DNA of 64,000 bases from Octopus vulgaris (taxonomy: Eukaryota). The position numbers and the translations under genes are program-made. Position 1 is the stretch's first letter, and every line of letters begins with the position of its first letter. Positions 59,780 to 64,000 of the stretch are shown piece by piece. The notes beneath the pieces are model-generated. The model saw only the letters and a list, made by a program, of their open reading frames with translations. It was not told the DNA's origin and searched no databases. The DNA lies in assembly GCA_951406725.2 (NCBI GenBank), contig OX597817.1, forward strand, positions 104,408,001 through 104,472,000, in the 5' to 3' direction.

Positions 59780-60300
59780 GATCCCTTGCTGAAGAGAAAG
59801 CAGCATGAGAATGCTACAAGTACAGTTTTTTTGCATGATAGAGAAAAGGCTTATCCCTAGTAGATCCAAACAAGGTCATTGAAATTCACAGCATTACAGT
59901 GTAGGAAATCAAAGAAGACGGCTGACCATCAGGGATAATCACTGAAATGTTGATTGATAATATCTGGAGAAGTAGATCGCATTTTAGCCAATTTATCATA
60001 TAGTAAAGGAAGGTGTCATACCCAATGACTTGTGTAGCAATATCTTCAAGTACTTCAAGGGCAGAAGAGTGTACAGAAGAGACATGACTACAAAGACATG
60101 AAATTGATGGATCGAGTTATGAAGCAACTGCAAGAGAAGTACTTCTGAGGAAGAACAAGACCTAGGAAAACATAGAACAAAATGAGGAAGACTATTCTCA
60201 AATGATTGAACTTTATGAAAGAGAGATGGTGACACAAGGGGTGATGTAGTGCTAAATAAGACCAACTGACTCATGCCAGCAGGGCAAAACAGAAGTTAAA
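59780..60300 (+). mobile_element. Highly deleted old RTE remnant
   Basis: Patches such as GVIPNDLCSNI..KG and LQEKY, plus a 3' tail-like GGGCAAAACAGAAGTTAAA. Confidence 0.55.
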
Positions 60301-60480
60301 TTGTGGTAGCAATGGTAGTTGGGATATATAACATACCATCTATATTTTGTGTGTCATTCATTGTGTTTCTGTTAAGTCTTCATGTAATGTACCCTCTTAT
60401 CTCTCTCTCTTCCTCTCCCTCCCTCTCTCTCTTTCATATGCATAACAAGGAATGGCTTTTTGTATCCAGTACCCTATACC

Positions 60481-60705
60481 TTAATCCTTCAGCATTTAAA
60501 TTATCCATATTCATCAGAAATATTCTACCAGTTTTGTGATCAAACCAACCAGATCTGGCCTCTCATACCTACCATACAATGTTATTCTTAAAATACACAA
60601 CTACATCATCAAAATTTCAAAGCTATGAGATAATATATGATTAATTCAAAAGAATGTGAATGAATAAGCATTAGATTTGACAAAATAATCTGCATGCAAA
60701 AAGGC
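60481..60705. mobile_element. TTAA-type MITE
   Basis: Similar along its length to 46247-46472. Confidence 0.7.
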
Positions 60706-61344
60706 AGCTTTCTTTCTCTCTCCCCTCTGTCTCATGCTATTCATCACTCTCTCTCATATTACTCTCTCTCCTTCCATTCTTTATTGGCAGGTATCACTCT
60801 CTCTCTCACTTCTGTCCTTTTCTTTTCTATCACTCTGCAATCCCTTAAATTTCTCTATTTTTTTTGGCTACCATGCCATCCATGCTGTCTTGTTCCCACA
60901 AACATGTAACTGCATTGCTATCATCATCATTTACAATCACTTAGAGTTAGGGATTAAGATTAGGTTCAGGGTTAGGGATTAAGAGACGGGATGGTTACAT
61001 TTGGAAAGTTATGTTAAAAAAAAAGAAGAGAAAAAGTAAAAACTGAATCAAGCAATCAACTATTTGCCTTGAAAAAATTATTTGGTTCATGATCTAAAGT
61101 GGGGATGCTTTGAATATTGTGAATCTGAAAAAAATCTTTTCAAAATTTCATTCATTTTCCTAAGTTCCTTTTCCCCTTCTCCATTTTGGTGTATGCAACT
61201 AGATCTAAGTATTTAATTTTTTGAATATTTTACAAATTTTTTTTCTGAATTGTTTTGTACATGGAGGATTACAGTTCTGCTTCTGTAATCCAGTTGTCTC
61301 ATAAAAATAAGAGATTTGTATTAAAATCTGTTTGTTATTTAAAA

Positions 61345-62465
61345 ATAATAATGAAATTATTGTATTCAGTGCTCAGGTGCACCACAACTTGTCAAAAGTG
61401 CGTATAAAGCATATGCAGTAATGTACAAATGTCTGGGAAGTGAACAGTGTATGAGTCAGATACATGTTTGCGTGTGTATGGAGAGGAGAAAATCAGGTGT
61501 AGTGTTGGCGAATCTCAGGAAGCATGGAAGTTTTGAAGGATGCAGTGCTCCGACAACTAACAACTGATGCCGGCAGTTTGTTCCGTACTTCAGCAACTCT
61601 TAGCACGAAAAAATATTTCTGAAAGTCATGGGAGCTGTGCTGTTTTCTGACTTTGTATGATTCACTGCTGCATTGTATCCAGGTCTGATTGCAATAAAGA
61701 TCTATAGTGTATGGGATCTGTCCTCTTTATTTCGAGGTACAGCTTGATGTCATCTGCATATTTCAGCACTGTGGCATTCTTTAAGTTGGCATCTATGTCA
61801 TTAACATATGCTACAAATAAAAGGGGGCCAAGAACAAATCCCTGTGGTACACCAGATGTCATCTCATAGGGTGAAGAGTGCTGTCCTAGAACTGTGACAA
61901 CCTCTTTTCAGCTGATAATGAAGGACTTCAACCAGCTATGGAGATCATCTCTTACACCCATTGCAGGGAGTTTCACCATAAGTCTTTTGTGTGCCACAGA
62001 ATTAAAAGCCTTAGCAAAGTCCAGGTAAACAACATCCACCCAGGAGCTGCCATCAGTGATTCGGGTAATGTTCTCAAGAAACTCGATGAGTTGATTACAG
62101 CAGCTGGAGTTAGGAATAAATCCAAATTGTGATGGCTGGATGAGGCTGTGAGACTTCCAGAAGTTCCAGAGGGTTTCTCTGACACAGGATTCCATCAGTT
62201 TGGCAATGCAGCTAGTAAGACTGACGGGGCGATAGTTGACAGGCGATGTGCGGTCACCTGTTTTGAACAGAGGGATAACACTGGTAGTTTTCCACTGCTC
62301 TGGAGTAACACCATTGTCAAGACAAAATTGAAAGAATAGTGAAAGTTGGTTTAGAAGAAAGTACCCACCACATTTGAGAAGTAGGTATGTAATACCATCG
62401 AGACCAGGAGAGGCATAGTTACGTTTATTCTTAAGGTGGCGTTGTAGCATTGCTGGTGTAAATTT
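61345..62465 (-). mobile_element. 5'-truncated, internally deleted CR1-clade LINE
   Basis: SPGLDGI, NYRPVSLTS, SQFGF, YLDFAKAF, SGVPQGFVLGPLLF, KYADDIKLY, then a jump at about 61660 to the CR1 C-terminal FF.LRV...NKLP.SVV...FK, 3' UTR and (ATT)n tail. Confidence 0.9.
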
Positions 62466-62491
62466 ACATACATGTGTGTAATTTGTTTCAG

Positions 62492-62778
62492 AATTGGCTG
62501 TGTCTGCTGTCCTACTATTCACCGAAATCTTACGGGCACTCTTAAAAAGGGTAAAGTATTCCTTTTTGATGTTGATGAAGCTAAATGCGGGAAGTTTGAT
62601 AATTATGTACTCTATGACTTCAACCGACCAAAAGAAATGGGCGATGATCATGAGGGGAAATTTGATATATTGGTAGCTGACACACCACATTTCACTAACA
62701 TGTGCATCCAAAAAATTATTATAACCATTAAGTATCTAAGGAAGTCAGACTGCAAAATTATGTTTTGTACAACTACAG
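62492..62778 (+). CDS. EEF1AKMT1: EEF1AKMT1-like exon, catalytic core
   Basis: IGCVCCPTIH..VFLFDVD..YVLYDFNRP..FDILVADTPHF..CIQKIIITIKYL..KIMFCT aligns with family IACVSAPS..IFEYD..FYDYNNP..FDIVIADPPYL..CLRK..TVKYL..KILLCTG. Splice sites tttcag and G|gtatgt with matching phases. Confidence 0.9.
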
Positions 62779-63951
62779 GTATGTTACCAAATTTTAAAAT
62801 TTTCAGCGCTTTAAATTTTGTACATTGTTCATAAGTTGGATAGATTATCACAAACTTACCATGATATAATTCTTTTTATAAGCTAAGTACTGGTATGCAG
62901 GTATTTTGAAAACACCTCACAGTGTAATGACCCTGCCCTGCATAGTTACAGGCTGTCCTTTGGCAAGGCATAACACCTGTTCTGCCACCAAGGATAAAGT
63001 AAAGTCATGAGACTGCAGCATGGCAGTTGTGAAGAGGCAGTTGAAGAGCTCAACTCATCTAGTGGTGCTTCTTACACTGATGCTGAGTAGAGGAATCCTA
63101 GAAGATCAACAGTCAGGATCACCAAGTTCTATCAAAAGAGTAATTGCAATGCATCCATTGATGGTGGCATCCATGGTTGTGTAATCAGCTAATAAAAGAT
63201 TCACCATGACTCAAGCTCCCAATTCAAATTCATAATAATGGAATTGGATGGCAACAGAGTCATGGGAATCTGCAAAAACAGCGAAAAAAATATGCTAAGT
63301 TCTGATGTAAAGCTACTTGGATGTAGCTATAACTAATGTTTGTGTAACCTACTTTCTTCTCTTTGTTCAAAAGAACCTACTTTCTTTTGAACAAGACTGC
63401 ATTATTTGTCATGTGTTAATACCAGAAAACTTTCAAGGCAATTTGTAGACTGCTCTACATGGCACCCTATATAATCCTCCTGCTTCTGATCTGCACTAGA
63501 GTAACCATTGCCTTATAGACTTAAATTTCAGTTGAGATCTGAAGTGACTGACTTTTGGAAAGGTAACCAAAGGAGTTATTCATTTTGAACTCATGGTTAT
63601 TGACGTTTCTGTAGATCATAGGGTTGTTGGCTATAAAACTGCCAAAATAAATGAAGCTCTAAATTGCTTTCAGTTAGGTTTTTTTTTGGTACTGATCCAC
63701 TACATGTCAACAACAGTTTGATGTTGGTTCCATATTCTTTATCTGGAAAGATCTTTTAGTTTATCTGCTTCATTTGCACTTTTTCTTCAGTCATTAACAC
63801 ATCTGCAGTAATTAACCTCTTTTTTAAAATATGTAATCTCATTGAATGCATGCTGTTAAATTTTCAGATTAAATTCTTTCTTAATATGTTTTTAAATAAT
63901 TAATAACAAGGTTTCTTGATTGATTTGCTTAATTAAAATTTTTTTTTCCAG

Positions 63952-64000
63952 AACAAGAGCCGCTTGTAAAACTTGTTGAAGAGTTGCTTGAACTGAAGAA
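63952..64000 (+). CDS. EEF1AKMT1: EEF1AKMT1-like next exon, partial ((E)QEPLVKLVEELLELK), runs off the window
   Basis: Acceptor tttttttttccag. Phase 1 matches, and the peptide resembles family MEEQAAELLGVK. Confidence 0.8.

Noticed and set aside
61908-62711. 267-aa minus-strand ORF as one protein overlapping the methyltransferase exon
   Set aside because: Only the part below about 62465 is CR1 RT. The N-terminal part is chance read-through antisense to the host exon.

Overview
AT-rich, microsatellite- and transposon-dense animal genomic DNA, most likely an octopus or other coleoid cephalopod (inferred from the SINE and RTE-LINE families, not proven). It is eukaryotic, so most of the ORF track is noise. 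Two spliced host genes point away from each other. On the minus strand is a taxilin-family gene whose 2.3-kb acidic exon (11375-13706) carries 53-aa and 44-aa tandem repeats and splices in phase to a typical taxilin coiled-coil exon (1461-1600). On the plus strand is a divergent EEF1AKMT1/N6AMT2-like methyltransferase (exons at about 33.7, 43.0, 45.2, 62.5 and 63.95 kb, all phase-compatible) whose DPPY motif reads DTPH. Introns and the intergenic region are filled with mobile DNA: an intact 1009-aa RTE LINE ORF with a PHD finger inside the RT domain plus several decayed copies, CR1, R4/Dong and L1/Tx1 remnants, Tc1, mariner, Chapaev3, hAT and piggyBac-type elements, two Helitrons, three tRNA-SINE families and nested foldback elements with telomeric repeats. 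The most unusual items are a tRNA-headed element carrying a minimal hammerhead ribozyme (57.75-58.37 kb), the PHD-in-RT RTE, and the telomere-repeat foldbacks.
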